Notes: generated by a model not told the origin, from the sequence alone. Counted from the stretch's first letter, positions 9,653 through 20,337 are shown. The stretch is 43,823 nt of DNA from a bacterium (GCA_012838555.1 DUOZ01000002.1:1-43823), one strand, 5' to 3'. A program made the numbers and translations.

Positions 9653-10648
9653 TCACCTCGATTTAAAAACATTAAATTTTGTTTTAATCGGTTTAAATTC
9701 AATAAAATGAGTAAAAATTCTAATTATTAAATTTAAAATAGGATTAGAGTGATGAACTAAAGCATATAAATCCACATATCTACCACCAAGTTTAAGTTTC
9801 GTATCATCTGCGGTTTGACCTAAATCCACTATCTCAAACTTATGGTCGATTGCATACTCAACCATTTTTAATAACATCGTGATATATAGGTCATATTGAG
9901 TATTATATTTATAATCAACTCCAATGAAACCAAAAACTAAAACCTTTTTATTCTCAATTAATTGAATAAAGGCAATTGGTTCACTTCCTTTATATGCAAC
10001 AATTATTTTAGCTTTGCATTTTTGGAAGAATTCTTTTGTTAATTTTTCTACTTGGAACTTAGAATTATTAAAAACATCTTCATATAACTTATATAAGCGA
10101 TCATCAAATAATTTGTTATCACTTAATATCTTAAATTCTAATTCGCTTGAAGATTTTAATGCCTTTTTATATCGATATCTGTAACTACTCCTTAAATCAC
10201 TCATATATTGTTCAAAACTATTCCATCTAATATCTAATAAGATATTTGAACACGTTAAGCCAAAAGCAAAATTCTTAAAATGAGGATTAGAATGAATATT
10301 TAAAATAAGTTTGCATCCTCTTATTTTTTTAATTGCCTTTTCTACCTGTTCTTTAGTTTTTTCTCCAATAATAATTCCTGCATTAGCAATAGATAAAGGA
10401 ACATAAATAAAGGTTGTATCGATTTTAAAATCAATTGGTGAAAACATACCAATATTATGTTTTTTCTTTTTAAAAGTCATAAAAACCGAATCAAATTTAT
10501 TTTCTTGATCTTTAAATAGATAATATTGTTGCTGACAAGGATTAACTTCTTCCATCAGTGTTAAAAATGACCTTTGCATTGCATAATTGTCTTTACAAAA
10601 TTCATCCCATTCTTCGGGTAATTCACTTGCTCTTTTATATACTTCCAT
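9653..10648 (-). CDS. FemABX/BioF2-like GNAT-family (Acetyltransf_6-like) protein
   Basis: The N-terminal LPEEWDEF...FLTL and C-terminal ..VDLGQTADDTKLKLGG pattern is typical of FemAB/CelD-like acyl- or aminoacyl-transferases. SD AAGAGGGA precedes the ATG at 10648. Confidence 0.65.
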   Translation of the reverse strand: MEVYKRASELPEEWDEFCKDNYAMQRSFLTLMEEVNPCQQQYYLFKDQENKFDSVFMTFKKKKHNIGMFSPIDFKIDTTFIYVPLSIANAGIIIGEKTKEQVEKAIKKIRGCKLILNIHSNPHFKNFAFGLTCSNILLDIRWNSFEQYMSDLRSSYRYRYKKALKSSSELEFKILSDNKLFDDRLYKLYEDVFNNSKFQVEKLTKEFFQKCKAKIIVAYKGSEPIAFIQLIENKKVLVFGFIGVDYKYNTQYDLYITMLLKMVEYAIDHKFEIVDLGQTADDTKLKLGGRYVDLYALVHHSNPILNLIIRIFTHFIEFKPIKTKFNVFKSR

Positions 10649-10778
10649 AATATCCCTCTTTAATTAATTCTAACATATTTAATAAATTATAAGTACACAA
10701 AATACATATAAATATTGAAACCAGTCTACCCATAATAAAACTTGAATAAATTATATATTATCTCTAATTTAATATAAA

Positions 10779-10811
10779 TACACATTATACACATAGTGTG
10801 TAATTTGTGTT
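10779..10811. promoter_or_regulatory. Nested dyad (candidate operator) in the divergent intergenic region
   Basis: The sequence is TACACA TTA TACACA TAG TGTGTA ATT TGTGT. The inner and outer half-sites are symmetric about the TAG at 10794-10796. Confidence 0.45.
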
Positions 10812-10825
10812 TATTCGTAATTTGG

Positions 10826-10854
10826 TTGAACTACCTTTAAAAATAAGATACAAT
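10826..10854 (+). promoter_or_regulatory. Sigma-A-type promoter of the TPR gene
   Basis: TTGAAC, a 17-nt spacer, then TACAAT, about 25 nt upstream of the ATG at 10879. Confidence 0.55.
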
Positions 10855-10878
10855 TATATCAAATATTGGAGGAATAAC

Positions 10879-12828
10879 ATGTTTGAAAAATACTTTGGTA
10901 GATATAAACAAGGACTAGAACTTTTAAGAAATGAAGAATATGAAAATGCCTATGAAGCCTTTTCTAATCTAATAAATAAAAATCCTAAAGATTATAAAGC
11001 AAGAGCTTATCGCGGTATTATTAGCGCGATCTTTTTAAACAAGAGCGATGAAGAAATATATCAAGACTTAAAACTAGGTATTAAAGCACCATATAATCTT
11101 TCATCGAGAATTTATTCATTATATTCTGATGTTTGTTTTAATGTTAAAAAATATGATGAGGCTGTAGAATATGCTCAAAAAGCAATTAATGCAGGCATTC
11201 CAAGTGATACTAATTATTTGTTATTAGCTAGATACTATATCTATGAAAAAAATGATAAAAAGTTAATAAATACAGCTTTAGAATACATTGATTATTTAAT
11301 GAATAAAATGCAAAATGATGAATTAATTATCTTAAAAGCACATGCTTATATCAAACTAGATAAATATGAGGAAGTTCAACCTCTGGTTGATAAACTTTTC
11401 TTTTCATCATCTAATGTTGATAATGCATATTTAATTCAAGCTGATGCTATTTTTTATAACCCAAATTCCTCAGATGAAGATTTAAAAAAAGCAATTAATT
11501 CATATCAAGAAGCAATAAATTTAATTAAAGATAATGAAATTAAAATTGACATCCTTTTAAAAATAAGTGAAATTCATAAACACATAGAATCATTTGAAGA
11601 TTTGATAAAGACATCAGAGTTAATATTTACTTATCAAGATAATCATCCTGTAGCTATTTTTAATAAAGCGATTGGACTAGCAGCTTTAGATCATATTGAT
11701 GATGCAATAAATCTATTAGAAGCTAACTTAGATACAACGCCACCACATCTAGAGTTATATTCTAATCGATTCTTAGCACTTTGGTATTATCAAAAAGTTA
11801 ATAGTGAAAATGATTTAAAAATGGCAGTTAAATATGCTGTTAAAGCAGCTAATCTAGAGTTAAATCACCTCAATTATGCGTTAATTATCGATTTATATGA
11901 GGCACTATATGATTTTGAAAATGTTGAAAAATACGCTGATATGTATATGAAACTTTTCTTTAAATATCCTTATGGATATTATATGAAAGGTTATAGTTTA
12001 TTCTTAAAAAGATATCCTTTTAAGAAATACATTAGATATTACAAAATGGCAGCTCAATTTGATAATACTTATCAAAAAGATTATTTATTATTGAATTATG
12101 AACGAACAAACAGAACTAAAAAAGCATTTAATAAAATAAAATCTGATTTCCATAATTTAATCATGCAAGGTTTAAAGGCTAATAAATACTGGGCTTATCG
12201 GTACGCTGCATTAGGTTATTTTTATGGTGAATATGGTTTTGATGTTAATATTGATGAAGCATATGTAGTGGTAAATCAATGTCTTGAACTTAATGATAAT
12301 TCTTGTGATTTTACATTAAAAGGAGCGATTTTATTAAAACAAAATCAACATTTTGATGAAGCTGGTAGGTTGTTTGAACATTCTCACAATGAGTTTATAA
12401 GTTATAAAACACCTTGTTCTTGTGGATCTACATTTTTAGCTAGGATGTATTTAGAAGGAATCCACTTTGATAAAGATGAACCCAAAGCTATGAAAATCAC
12501 TCTTGATTCATATAATAAAGCTAAAAAATATATGCATTCTAATTCTGCAATTTTATATGCATATTTTGCTCTTTTAAATAAAGAAAACTTTGATCTTAAT
12601 CTTGCTTTAGAAAATTTAAAAAATGTAGAAAATGAACTTTATTATAATAGTCCAGTTTTCTACATGTTAAAAGAAATTTATTTAAAATTAAACAACCATG
12701 AAAAAGCCAATTATTATTATAAAAGAATGGAAGAATCATTACTTTACGAAGGTAAGACAATAAAAGAAGAAATGCTAGAAAAGTTAAAATCAAATCATCT
12801 ATTCTTACCACCATTTAATAATTTCTAA
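10879..12828 (+). CDS. Cytoplasmic TPR/Sel1-like repeat protein
   Basis: The start is moved to the ATG at 10879 (MFEKYFGRY), which follows SD GGAGGA. Repeated TPR-like helical pairs run throughout, with a Sel1-like segment (LARMYLEGIHFDKDEPKA). There is no signal peptide. Confidence 0.8.
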   Translation: MFEKYFGRYKQGLELLRNEEYENAYEAFSNLINKNPKDYKARAYRGIISAIFLNKSDEEIYQDLKLGIKAPYNLSSRIYSLYSDVCFNVKKYDEAVEYAQKAINAGIPSDTNYLLLARYYIYEKNDKKLINTALEYIDYLMNKMQNDELIILKAHAYIKLDKYEEVQPLVDKLFFSSSNVDNAYLIQADAIFYNPNSSDEDLKKAINSYQEAINLIKDNEIKIDILLKISEIHKHIESFEDLIKTSELIFTYQDNHPVAIFNKAIGLAALDHIDDAINLLEANLDTTPPHLELYSNRFLALWYYQKVNSENDLKMAVKYAVKAANLELNHLNYALIIDLYEALYDFENVEKYADMYMKLFFKYPYGYYMKGYSLFLKRYPFKKYIRYYKMAAQFDNTYQKDYLLLNYERTNRTKKAFNKIKSDFHNLIMQGLKANKYWAYRYAALGYFYGEYGFDVNIDEAYVVVNQCLELNDNSCDFTLKGAILLKQNQHFDEAGRLFEHSHNEFISYKTPCSCGSTFLARMYLEGIHFDKDEPKAMKITLDSYNKAKKYMHSNSAILYAYFALLNKENFDLNLALENLKNVENELYYNSPVFYMLKEIYLKLNNHEKANYYYKRMEESLLYEGKTIKEEMLEKLKSNHLFLPPFNNF

Positions 12829-12832
12829 ATAC

Positions 12833-12870
12833 AAAAATGCTGATATTTTCTCTAAACATCAGCATTTTTT
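12833..12870. terminator. Bidirectional intrinsic terminator between the TPR gene and serS
   Basis: The AAAAATGCTGAT/ATCAGCATTTTT hairpin has an A-run on one side and a T-run on the other. Confidence 0.8.
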
Positions 12871-12874
12871 AATG

Positions 12875-14146
12875 TTATTTAATAATATCTGTTCCCATGT
12901 ATTTAACTAATGCTTCTGGTACAGTAACGGAACCATCTTCATTTTGATAGTTTTCTAAAATAGCAGCGACAGTTCTACCAACTGCTAAGCCTGAACCATT
13001 TAATGTATGAACAAATTCTGGCTTAGCTTTAGGATCTCTTCTAAACTTAATATTAGCTCTCCTAGCTTGGAAATCTTCAAAATTACTACAAGAAGATATT
13101 TCCTTATAACTATTGTAAGATGGTAGCCAAACTTCTAAATCATAGGTCATCGCTGAACTAAAACCAACATCACCAGTTGATAGTTTCATAACCCTATAAG
13201 GTAATTTTAAGATTTTTAAAATCTCTTCAGCATCATTAGTTAATTCTTCTAAGTTTTGATAAGAATCTTCAGGACGAGTAAATCTAACTAATTCAACTTT
13301 GTTAAATTGATGTTGACGAATAATACCTCTTGTATCTCTTCCTGCCGCTCCAGCTTCAGATCTAAAACATGGAGTATATGCAACATATTTAATTGGAAGT
13401 TCATCATTACTTAATATTTCATTAGCATGCAAATTAGTAACTGGTACTTCAGCCGTAGGTGCTAAATAATAATCAAATTCTCTTAACTTAAATAAGTCTT
13501 GTTCAAATTTTGGAAGTTGTCCTGTTCCAAAAAGAGAATTAGCATTAATCATGAATGGAGGTAAGATTTCTTTACATCCATGTTTTTCAGTATGAATATC
13601 TAGCATTAAGTTAATTACAGCTCGTTCGAGTCTAGCACCTAAACCTTTATAGACAGTAAATCTAGAACCTGTTATTTTACCTGCTCGTTCAAAGTCTAAA
13701 ATATCTAAATTAGTTCCGATTTCCCAATGAGGTAATACTTCAAAGTCAAATTTTCTAACTTCTCCCCAAGTTCTAATTAATTCATTAGCATCTTCATCTT
13801 TTCCAACTGGTAAACTTTCATTAGGTATATTAGGTGTTATTGCCATTAACTCATTGATTTTTCCTTCAATTTCTCTTACCTTATCATCTAAGACTTTAAT
13901 TTTTTCTCCAATATTAGCTACTTCTTCCATTATTGGGGCTACATCTAATCCTTGACGTTTATTAATACCAATTTCTTTTGATTTTTGGTTACGAAAGTTT
14001 TTTAATTCTTCAACTTCATTTAGAACCTTTCTTCTATCTTCATCAAGTTTAACTACGTCTCTTAAATAAGAAAAATCTCCATTTCTCGTACTTAATTTTT
14101 TAATGGCCTCTTCAACATTTTCTCTAATTAATCTAATATCTAACAT
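12875..14146 (-). CDS. serS: Seryl-tRNA synthetase
   Basis: N-terminal coiled-coil ([13 protein letters not shown]) and class II core motifs. The start is moved to the ATG at 14146, which follows SD AAGGAGGA. The 24-codon extension in the ORF track runs into the T-box terminator. Confidence 0.95.
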   Translation of the reverse strand: MLDIRLIRENVEEAIKKLSTRNGDFSYLRDVVKLDEDRRKVLNEVEELKNFRNQKSKEIGINKRQGLDVAPIMEEVANIGEKIKVLDDKVREIEGKINELMAITPNIPNESLPVGKDEDANELIRTWGEVRKFDFEVLPHWEIGTNLDILDFERAGKITGSRFTVYKGLGARLERAVINLMLDIHTEKHGCKEILPPFMINANSLFGTGQLPKFEQDLFKLREFDYYLAPTAEVPVTNLHANEILSNDELPIKYVAYTPCFRSEAGAAGRDTRGIIRQHQFNKVELVRFTRPEDSYQNLEELTNDAEEILKILKLPYRVMKLSTGDVGFSSAMTYDLEVWLPSYNSYKEISSCSNFEDFQARRANIKFRRDPKAKPEFVHTLNGSGLAVGRTVAAILENYQNEDGSVTVPEALVKYMGTDIIK

Positions 14147-14159
14147 ATTAATCCTCCTT

Positions 14160-14376
14160 ATAAAAAAAGGAAACAGCCCCCAAAGGGACGGTTTCCCGTG
14201 TTGCCACCCTTTTTGCATACATCTTCAATGCATGCCACTCATTACTAATAACGGTTAGTTGCCGGGAATGTTCACATTCCTCTCATAAGCGGATTCAAGA
14301 TCGTTATCAATTGGTTTCCACCATCCACCAACTCTCTAGATGACACGTATCTTTACTACTCTTAATCACCGATTTA
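14160..14376 (-). promoter_or_regulatory. T-box riboswitch leader, serine-specific
   Basis: The minus strand has the T-box sequence AAAGGGTGGCAACACGGG at about 14195-14213. The terminator is GGAAACCGTCCCTTTGGGGGCTGTTTCC plus a T-run (14162-14196). The specifier-loop context is GAA-UCC-G, with UCC (Ser) at 14291-14293. AGAGA and GA-motif elements lie in stem I. Confidence 0.85.
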
Positions 14377-14381
14377 AATTG

Positions 14382-14410
14382 AATATACTATCAAAAATAA
14401 ATAAAGTCAA
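14382..14410 (-). promoter_or_regulatory. Sigma-A-type promoter of the serS leader
   Basis: The minus strand reads TTGACT, a 17-nt spacer, then TATATT. Confidence 0.7.
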
Positions 14411-14427
14411 TACTATTATAAGCAAAT

Positions 14428-14808
14428 TTACTTAATTGTTACTTGAAGTTTATCACTTTTAGGTGAAATTTCATCACCTTTCTTTGATGCAACCTCAATA
14501 ATGTATGTTCCTTGTTCAAAATCTCCAATAAATATACTATTAACAGGAGTTATATCAAATTCTTCATCATTAACATAAATAATGTATTCTTCAGCACTTT
14601 TAACCATTCCCCATTTAACAATTTGTCCATCTAATATAAGATGAGGAGAACTTAATGGAATTTCTTTTTTTGAATTAAGATTAACAATATAAGCGCTGAT
14701 TGTGATAATTAAAGTTAATAAAGTTGCTAGTCCAATAATACTAGTTAATATTCCTTTAGGAGAAATAATGAAGTTAAGAAGTTTACTAGATTCAATTTCT
14801 TGATTCAT
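14428..14808 (-). CDS. Small membrane-anchored protein with a beta-rich extracytoplasmic domain
   Basis: SD AGGAGGG precedes the start. One N-terminal TM helix (ILTSIIGLATLLTLIITISAYIV) is followed by about 80 aa of a strand-rich domain. I recognise no family. Confidence 0.7.
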   Translation of the reverse strand: MNQEIESSKLLNFIISPKGILTSIIGLATLLTLIITISAYIVNLNSKKEIPLSSPHLILDGQIVKWGMVKSAEEYIIYVNDEEFDITPVNSIFIGDFEQGTYIIEVASKKGDEISPKSDKLQVTIK

Positions 14809-14832
14809 CTTATCCCTCCTGGTAAACTTTAT

Positions 14833-15855
14833 TTATTTTTTTAATCTCTCATTATTTATTTTAATTGCTTCTTGATAAGTTTCAAGAAGTTTTTGTCCAA
14901 TAATCTTAAGATCTCTTTCTTTAGCAGTCTCTAATCCTTTTTCTCCAGTAGGTGGTAATTTATTTTCAACAACATCATGTAATAATCTAACAAAATCATC
15001 ATTGTTCTTACCTAAATAACAATTAACACCATCTACAAGCCAAGGATTGTAGACCGGGATATCTCTAACAACGATTGTCTGAGAACTAGCTAAAGCCTCT
15101 AAAATAACAATTCCTTCAGTTTCTTCATAAGAAGGGAAAAAGAATGCATCCGAACCACTAAATGCACCTTCAATAACATCACCACTGACATAGCCTGCCA
15201 TAATGACATTACTTGGTGGGTTAGTCACGGCTTTTCTTACCTCTCTAGGAATAGACGCTAATGAAGATTGACCAAACCAAATAAATTGATATTCGGGTAA
15301 TCTTTTTGCTACTTCCATAAAGTCAAGGATTCCTTTTCTTTTAATCCAAAGACCTACAGCAACAATTACCTTTTTACCTTCAGGAATGTTATATTTTTCT
15401 TTAAATATTTTTTCTTTTTCAACATCTTTTTTAAATCGAGTTAAATCAATTCCATTTGAAATGGCGACAATTTTATTTTTAATTCCATAACCTTCTAATA
15501 AGGATTTTGAATAAGGTGTAGGTGTTATAATCACATCACCTTTTTTATATAAACGTACAATCCATTTTTTAAACAAACCAGCGACTTGATTCGAGAATAT
15601 ATAGGAATTTTGAAAATCTTCTTTCGTTGAATGGGCATGATATACAACTGGTACTCCTTTTTTTCTTGCTTTATTAATGATTCGATTACTATTAAGCATA
15701 ACAGTATTAATATGCAATAAATCATAATCATCATTAGGATCAGTGGTAGTTTCAACACCAACCAATGATAATGCTTTTTGTTGATGCTTTAATGCTCGCC
15801 CAATACCAGATTTAGAAATGGCTTTGGCTAATTCAAAGTAAAGTAGAACCTTCAT
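14833..15855 (-). CDS. Family 4 glycosyltransferase (GT-B), glycolipid-synthase-like
   Basis: GT4 pattern with an E-x7-E motif (ETEGIVILE). The ATG at 15855 lies 1 nt after the gyrA stop, with SD AAGGAAGGA inside the end of gyrA. Confidence 0.85.
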   Translation of the reverse strand: MKVLLYFELAKAISKSGIGRALKHQQKALSLVGVETTTDPNDDYDLLHINTVMLNSNRIINKARKKGVPVVYHAHSTKEDFQNSYIFSNQVAGLFKKWIVRLYKKGDVIITPTPYSKSLLEGYGIKNKIVAISNGIDLTRFKKDVEKEKIFKEKYNIPEGKKVIVAVGLWIKRKGILDFMEVAKRLPEYQFIWFGQSSLASIPREVRKAVTNPPSNVIMAGYVSGDVIEGAFSGSDAFFFPSYEETEGIVILEALASSQTIVVRDIPVYNPWLVDGVNCYLGKNNDDFVRLLHDVVENKLPPTGEKGLETAKERDLKIIGQKLLETYQEAIKINNERLKK

Positions 15856-15856
15856 A

Positions 15857-18388
15857 CTATCCTTCCTTATCTATGTCTTTTTGCTCACTAGGAGTTTCTT
15901 CACTTGCTACTTCTGTTTCCTCTTCTTCGTGCTCTGCGACTTCAATAGATGCAATTTCTTGGCCATCATCAAGTCGAATCACCCTAACACCTTGAGTATT
16001 TCGACCTAAAATCGCAACTTGTGTTAATGGAATACGTAAGATAGTCCCTTTATCAGTAACAATGATTAAATCTTCATCGCCTTTAACCACTCTTAAAGCG
16101 ACTAAATCACCAACTCTTTCAGTAGCATTTAAGGTTAAGACACCTTTTCCACCACGATTAGTTAAACGGTATTCATCAATTTTAGTCATCTTACCATATC
16201 CGTTTGCACTAATAGATAAGACATAGTCACCTTCATAACTAGTCGCAGCTCCTACAACATATCCGCCTTGGACATCAATACCTCTAACACCCATAGCATT
16301 TCTCCCCATTGCTCGGACATCTTGTTCATTGAATCTAACTACTTTACCTAAACTAGATGCAATGATGATTTCATCATTTCCTCCAGTTACTTTAACGCCA
16401 AAGAGTTCATCATCTTCATTTAAAGTAATAGCAATCTTGCCATTTTGTCGAATATTTTCAAATTCCTTTGTACTTACTCTCTTAACTAAACCTTTTTTAG
16501 TTACAAATAATAAGAATAAATCATCATATTTATCTAAAGCTAACATAGCCATGACTTTTTCTTCTTTTTCAATGTTAAGTAAGTTAATTACAGGGATACC
16601 TTTATGTTGTCGACTATACTCAGGAATTTGATAGCCTCTCATTCGATAAACTTTACCAGCATTAGTAAAGAATAATATATCAATATGAGTAGTAGTAGTT
16701 AATAAATTTGATACAATATCATCTTCATGTGTAGACATCCCTCTAACACCTTTTCCACCACGGTTTTGGGTACGATAAGTGTCTAAATTAACACGTTTAA
16801 TATAACCATTCATAGTTAAAGAAATGACAATATCTTCTTTAGGAATTAAATCCTCATCTTCAATATCAAATTGCCCGATTAAGATTTCTGTTCTTCTTTC
16901 GTCACCATATCTAGCTTTAACATCTAGTAATTCTTTTTCCATGATTTCTACAACTTTTTCATGGCTTGCTAAAATTGATTCTAGCTCAGCGATTAAGGCA
17001 TCTAATTGCTTAATTTCTTCTTCAATTTTATCTCTTTCAAGACCTGTTAAGCGTTGTAATCTCATATCTAAAATCGCTTTTGCTTGTTTTTGTGATAAAT
17101 CATAGTTTTCCATTAAACGATTTGATGCTTCTTCATTATTACTACTTGTTTTAATTAATTCAATAATGTCATCAATGTTATTAATAGCAACAGATAAACC
17201 TTGTAAAATATGAATTCTATCTCTTGCTTTATCTAAATCAAATTGAGTTCTTCTTTTGATTATTTCAATTTGATGATCAACATAAAGACTAATCATTTCT
17301 TTAATTGATAAAATTTGAGGTACTCCATTATTTAAAGCAAGCATATTAATGCTAAAACGGCTTTGTAATGGAGTTAATTTATATAAATTATTTAAGATAA
17401 CTTCAGGAATAACATCTCTTTTTAATTCAATAACAACACGAATACCTTCACGATTTGATTCATCTCTAATATCGCTAATGCCTTCAATGGTCTTGTTTTT
17501 GACTAAATCGGCAATTTTTTCAACCATTGTAGCCTTATTTACTTGATAAGGAATTTCACTAACAATGATTCGATGTCTTCCATTACCCATTTCTTCAATT
17601 TCACATTTTGATCGAATAGTAACTGAACCATTACCTGTTTCATAAGCTTTTTTAATTCCTGATTTACCTAAAATTTGTGCACCTGTTGGAAAGTCAGGTC
17701 CTTGGATATAATCTGTCATTAAATCAATAATTGATAAATCTGGATCTTTTGCTAATGCTAAACAAGCATCAATTACTTCACATAAGTTATGTGGAGGTAT
17801 GTTAGTAGCCATACCTACAGCGATACCAGTAGTACCATTAACTAATAAATTAGGGAATTTAGCAGGTAATACAACCGGTTCAATTTCTTCTCCGTCATAG
17901 TTTGGCATGAAATCAACTGTATTTTTATTGATATCTTTAACCATTTCCATGGCAATTTTAGACATTCTTGCTTCAGTATAACGCATCGCAGCTGCCATAT
18001 CGCCGTCAATTGAACCAAAGTTACCATGACCATCAATTAAAGGATAACGAATATTAAAATCTTGAGCTAAACGTACCATTGCATCATAAACAGCACTATC
18101 ACCATGAGGGTGATATTTACCGATAACGTCACCAACAATACGAGCAGATTTCTTAAATGGCTTATCAGCATGCATACCTAAGTTATTCATTGCATAAATA
18201 ATACGTCTATGAACTGGTTTAAATCCGTCTCTAACATCTGGTAATGCTCTAGAGACGATAACTGACATTGAATAATCTAAAAAGGAGGTTCTAACTTCCT
18301 TAGCGATATCAATAGGAACTATACCTTTTGGAAGTTGCTCTTCTGTTTCATCTATTTCATCATATTGATTTAATTTCTCATTTTCCAT
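15857..18388 (-). CDS. gyrA: DNA gyrase subunit A
   Basis: Canonical GyrA sequence (AAAMRYTE with the active-site Tyr), beta-pinwheel C-terminal domain and acidic tail. Confidence 0.98.
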   Translation of the reverse strand: MENEKLNQYDEIDETEEQLPKGIVPIDIAKEVRTSFLDYSMSVIVSRALPDVRDGFKPVHRRIIYAMNNLGMHADKPFKKSARIVGDVIGKYHPHGDSAVYDAMVRLAQDFNIRYPLIDGHGNFGSIDGDMAAAMRYTEARMSKIAMEMVKDINKNTVDFMPNYDGEEIEPVVLPAKFPNLLVNGTTGIAVGMATNIPPHNLCEVIDACLALAKDPDLSIIDLMTDYIQGPDFPTGAQILGKSGIKKAYETGNGSVTIRSKCEIEEMGNGRHRIIVSEIPYQVNKATMVEKIADLVKNKTIEGISDIRDESNREGIRVVIELKRDVIPEVILNNLYKLTPLQSRFSINMLALNNGVPQILSIKEMISLYVDHQIEIIKRRTQFDLDKARDRIHILQGLSVAINNIDDIIELIKTSSNNEEASNRLMENYDLSQKQAKAILDMRLQRLTGLERDKIEEEIKQLDALIAELESILASHEKVVEIMEKELLDVKARYGDERRTEILIGQFDIEDEDLIPKEDIVISLTMNGYIKRVNLDTYRTQNRGGKGVRGMSTHEDDIVSNLLTTTTHIDILFFTNAGKVYRMRGYQIPEYSRQHKGIPVINLLNIEKEEKVMAMLALDKYDDLFLLFVTKKGLVKRVSTKEFENIRQNGKIAITLNEDDELFGVKVTGGNDEIIIASSLGKVVRFNEQDVRAMGRNAMGVRGIDVQGGYVVGAATSYEGDYVLSISANGYGKMTKIDEYRLTNRGGKGVLTLNATERVGDLVALRVVKGDEDLIIVTDKGTILRIPLTQVAILGRNTQGVRVIRLDDGQEIASIEVAEHEEEETEVASEETPSEQKDIDKEG

Positions 18389-18400
18389 TTTTTAACCTCC

Positions 18401-20332
18401 TTAAATATCAAGATTCTTAACGAACTTCGCGTTCTTTAAGATAAATTCTTTTCTTGGTTCAACTTTTTCACCCATTAACATATCAAAATAAAGATCTGCT
18501 TCCATAGCATCCTCTAGCTTAACTTGAAGCATTGTTCTTCTTTCAGGGTCCATTGTTGTTTCCCATAATTGTTCAGGGTTCATTTCCCCAAGACCTTTAT
18601 ATCGTTGAATATTAGATGGTCTATCACCATATTCTTTTTTAAGCTCTTCAAGTTCTTCATCTGAATAAACATAATGAACATTACGGTTATAAGTCACCTT
18701 ATATAAAGGTGGTTGAGCAATATAAATATGACCTTGCTCGACAAGCGGACGCATATAACGATAGAAGAACGTTAATAATAGAGTTCTAATGTGGGCACCA
18801 TCAACGTCAGCGTCCGTCATGATTACGACTTTATGATATCTTAACTTAGAAATATCAAAAGTTGGACCAATTCCTGTACCTAAAGCGGTAATCATTGTTC
18901 CAATTTCTTGGTTTTCAAAAACACGTTCTGGACGAGCTTTTTCAACGTTAATGATTTTTCCTTTTAAAGGTAAAATTGCTTGGAATTCTCTATCTCTTCC
19001 CATTTTTGCTGATCCACCAGCTGATAAACCTTCCACGATGTACATTTCACAAATTGTTGCATCTTTTGAGGAACAATCAGCTAATTTACCAGGTAAAGAT
19101 GTGACTTCAAGTACACTTTTTCTTGTTAATTCCCTTGCCCTTTTAGCAGCGACACGCGCTTTTGCTGCTAGCATACATTTTTCAACGATAATCTTTCCTT
19201 GGTCAGGGTTTTCTAATAAGAAACGCTCAATTTGTTCACTTAGAATTTTATTAACAATCGGTCTAACTTCTGAGTTACCTAATTTAGTCTTTGTTTGACC
19301 TTCATATTGAGGATTAGGATGTTTTACTGAAATAATCGCAGTTAAACCTTCTCTAACATCATCACTATTTAACGCTTCATCGTTATCTTTCAAAATTTTG
19401 GCTTTACGACCATAATTGTTGATTACTTTAGTTATAGCATAACGGAATCCTTCTTCATGAGTTCCACCCTCGTGGGTGTTAATGTTATTACAGAAAGAAT
19501 AAATTCCAGGTAAATAACCATCGTTATACTGAGCGGCAAATTCAACCATAATATCATCTTGACTACCTTCAACATAAATAATTTCGTCATGAATAGGTTG
19601 TTTGTTTTGGTTAATAAAAGCAACATATTCTTTTAAACCACCATTGTAGATGAAAGTATCCTTTTGTGTTGGATTTTCTCTCTCATCAATAAGAGTTAAT
19701 CTTAACCCTTTGTTAAGGAACGCTAATTGACGAATTCGATCTCTCATAACTTCATAACTAAATGTAGTTGTTTCTTTAAAAATTGTTTCATCAGGTTTGA
19801 ATCTAACTTTAGTTCCCGTTTCACTAGGATCGATATTTCCAATTACCTTTAATGGTTGAGTAACCTTTCCACCATCTTCAAAGGCTATATAATAAACTTC
19901 TCCATCACGTCGAACCCACACTTCTAATTTTTTTGATAAAGCATTAACAACCGAGGCACCAACACCATGAAGACCACCTGAAACCTTATATCCTCCGCCT
20001 TCACCAAATTTACCACCAGCATGAAGTACAGTATAAACCGTTTCAACCGTTGATTTTCCTGTTTTTTGGTGAATACCTACTGGAATACCTCTTCCATTGT
20101 CAGATACTATAATTTCATTGTCTTTAGTGATTGTAATTTCAATGTGAGTACAAAAACCTGCTAAAGCTTCATCAATCGCGTTATCAACTATTTCCCAAAC
20201 TAATTGATGCAAGCCTCTTGATGCAGTTGTACCAATATACATACCAGGACGTTTTCTTACAGCTTCTAATCCTTCTAGAACCTGAATATTACTTTCATCA
20301 TATTTACTATTAAACTTAATGTCATCAGACAT
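18401..20332 (-). CDS. gyrB: DNA gyrase subunit B
   Basis: GHKL ATPase, Toprim (EGLSAGG, DADVDG) and the PLKGKILNVEKA-type motif. Confidence 0.98.
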   Translation of the reverse strand: MSDDIKFNSKYDESNIQVLEGLEAVRKRPGMYIGTTASRGLHQLVWEIVDNAIDEALAGFCTHIEITITKDNEIIVSDNGRGIPVGIHQKTGKSTVETVYTVLHAGGKFGEGGGYKVSGGLHGVGASVVNALSKKLEVWVRRDGEVYYIAFEDGGKVTQPLKVIGNIDPSETGTKVRFKPDETIFKETTTFSYEVMRDRIRQLAFLNKGLRLTLIDERENPTQKDTFIYNGGLKEYVAFINQNKQPIHDEIIYVEGSQDDIMVEFAAQYNDGYLPGIYSFCNNINTHEGGTHEEGFRYAITKVINNYGRKAKILKDNDEALNSDDVREGLTAIISVKHPNPQYEGQTKTKLGNSEVRPIVNKILSEQIERFLLENPDQGKIIVEKCMLAAKARVAAKRARELTRKSVLEVTSLPGKLADCSSKDATICEMYIVEGLSAGGSAKMGRDREFQAILPLKGKIINVEKARPERVFENQEIGTMITALGTGIGPTFDISKLRYHKVVIMTDADVDGAHIRTLLLTFFYRYMRPLVEQGHIYIAQPPLYKVTYNRNVHYVYSDEELEELKKEYGDRPSNIQRYKGLGEMNPEQLWETTMDPERRTMLQVKLEDAMEADLYFDMLMGEKVEPRKEFILKNAKFVKNLDI

Positions 20333-20337
20333 AATTA

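Noticed and set aside
10636-10733. 32-codon minus-strand ORF (MGRLVSIFICILCTYNLLNMLELIKEGYYGSI) upstream of the operon, considered as a possible RiPP precursor for the radical SAM enzymes.
   Set aside because: No SD precedes its ATG. It overlaps the SD and start of the 9653-10648 gene out of frame, and it has no leader/core features. I found no other plausible precursor ORF at either end of the operon.
12875-14410. Functional link between serS (with its Ser T-box) and the FemABX-like genes, meaning aminoacyl-tRNA supply for the operon.
   Set aside because: serS is separated from the operon by a bidirectional terminator and the oppositely oriented TPR gene. Proximity alone is not evidence.
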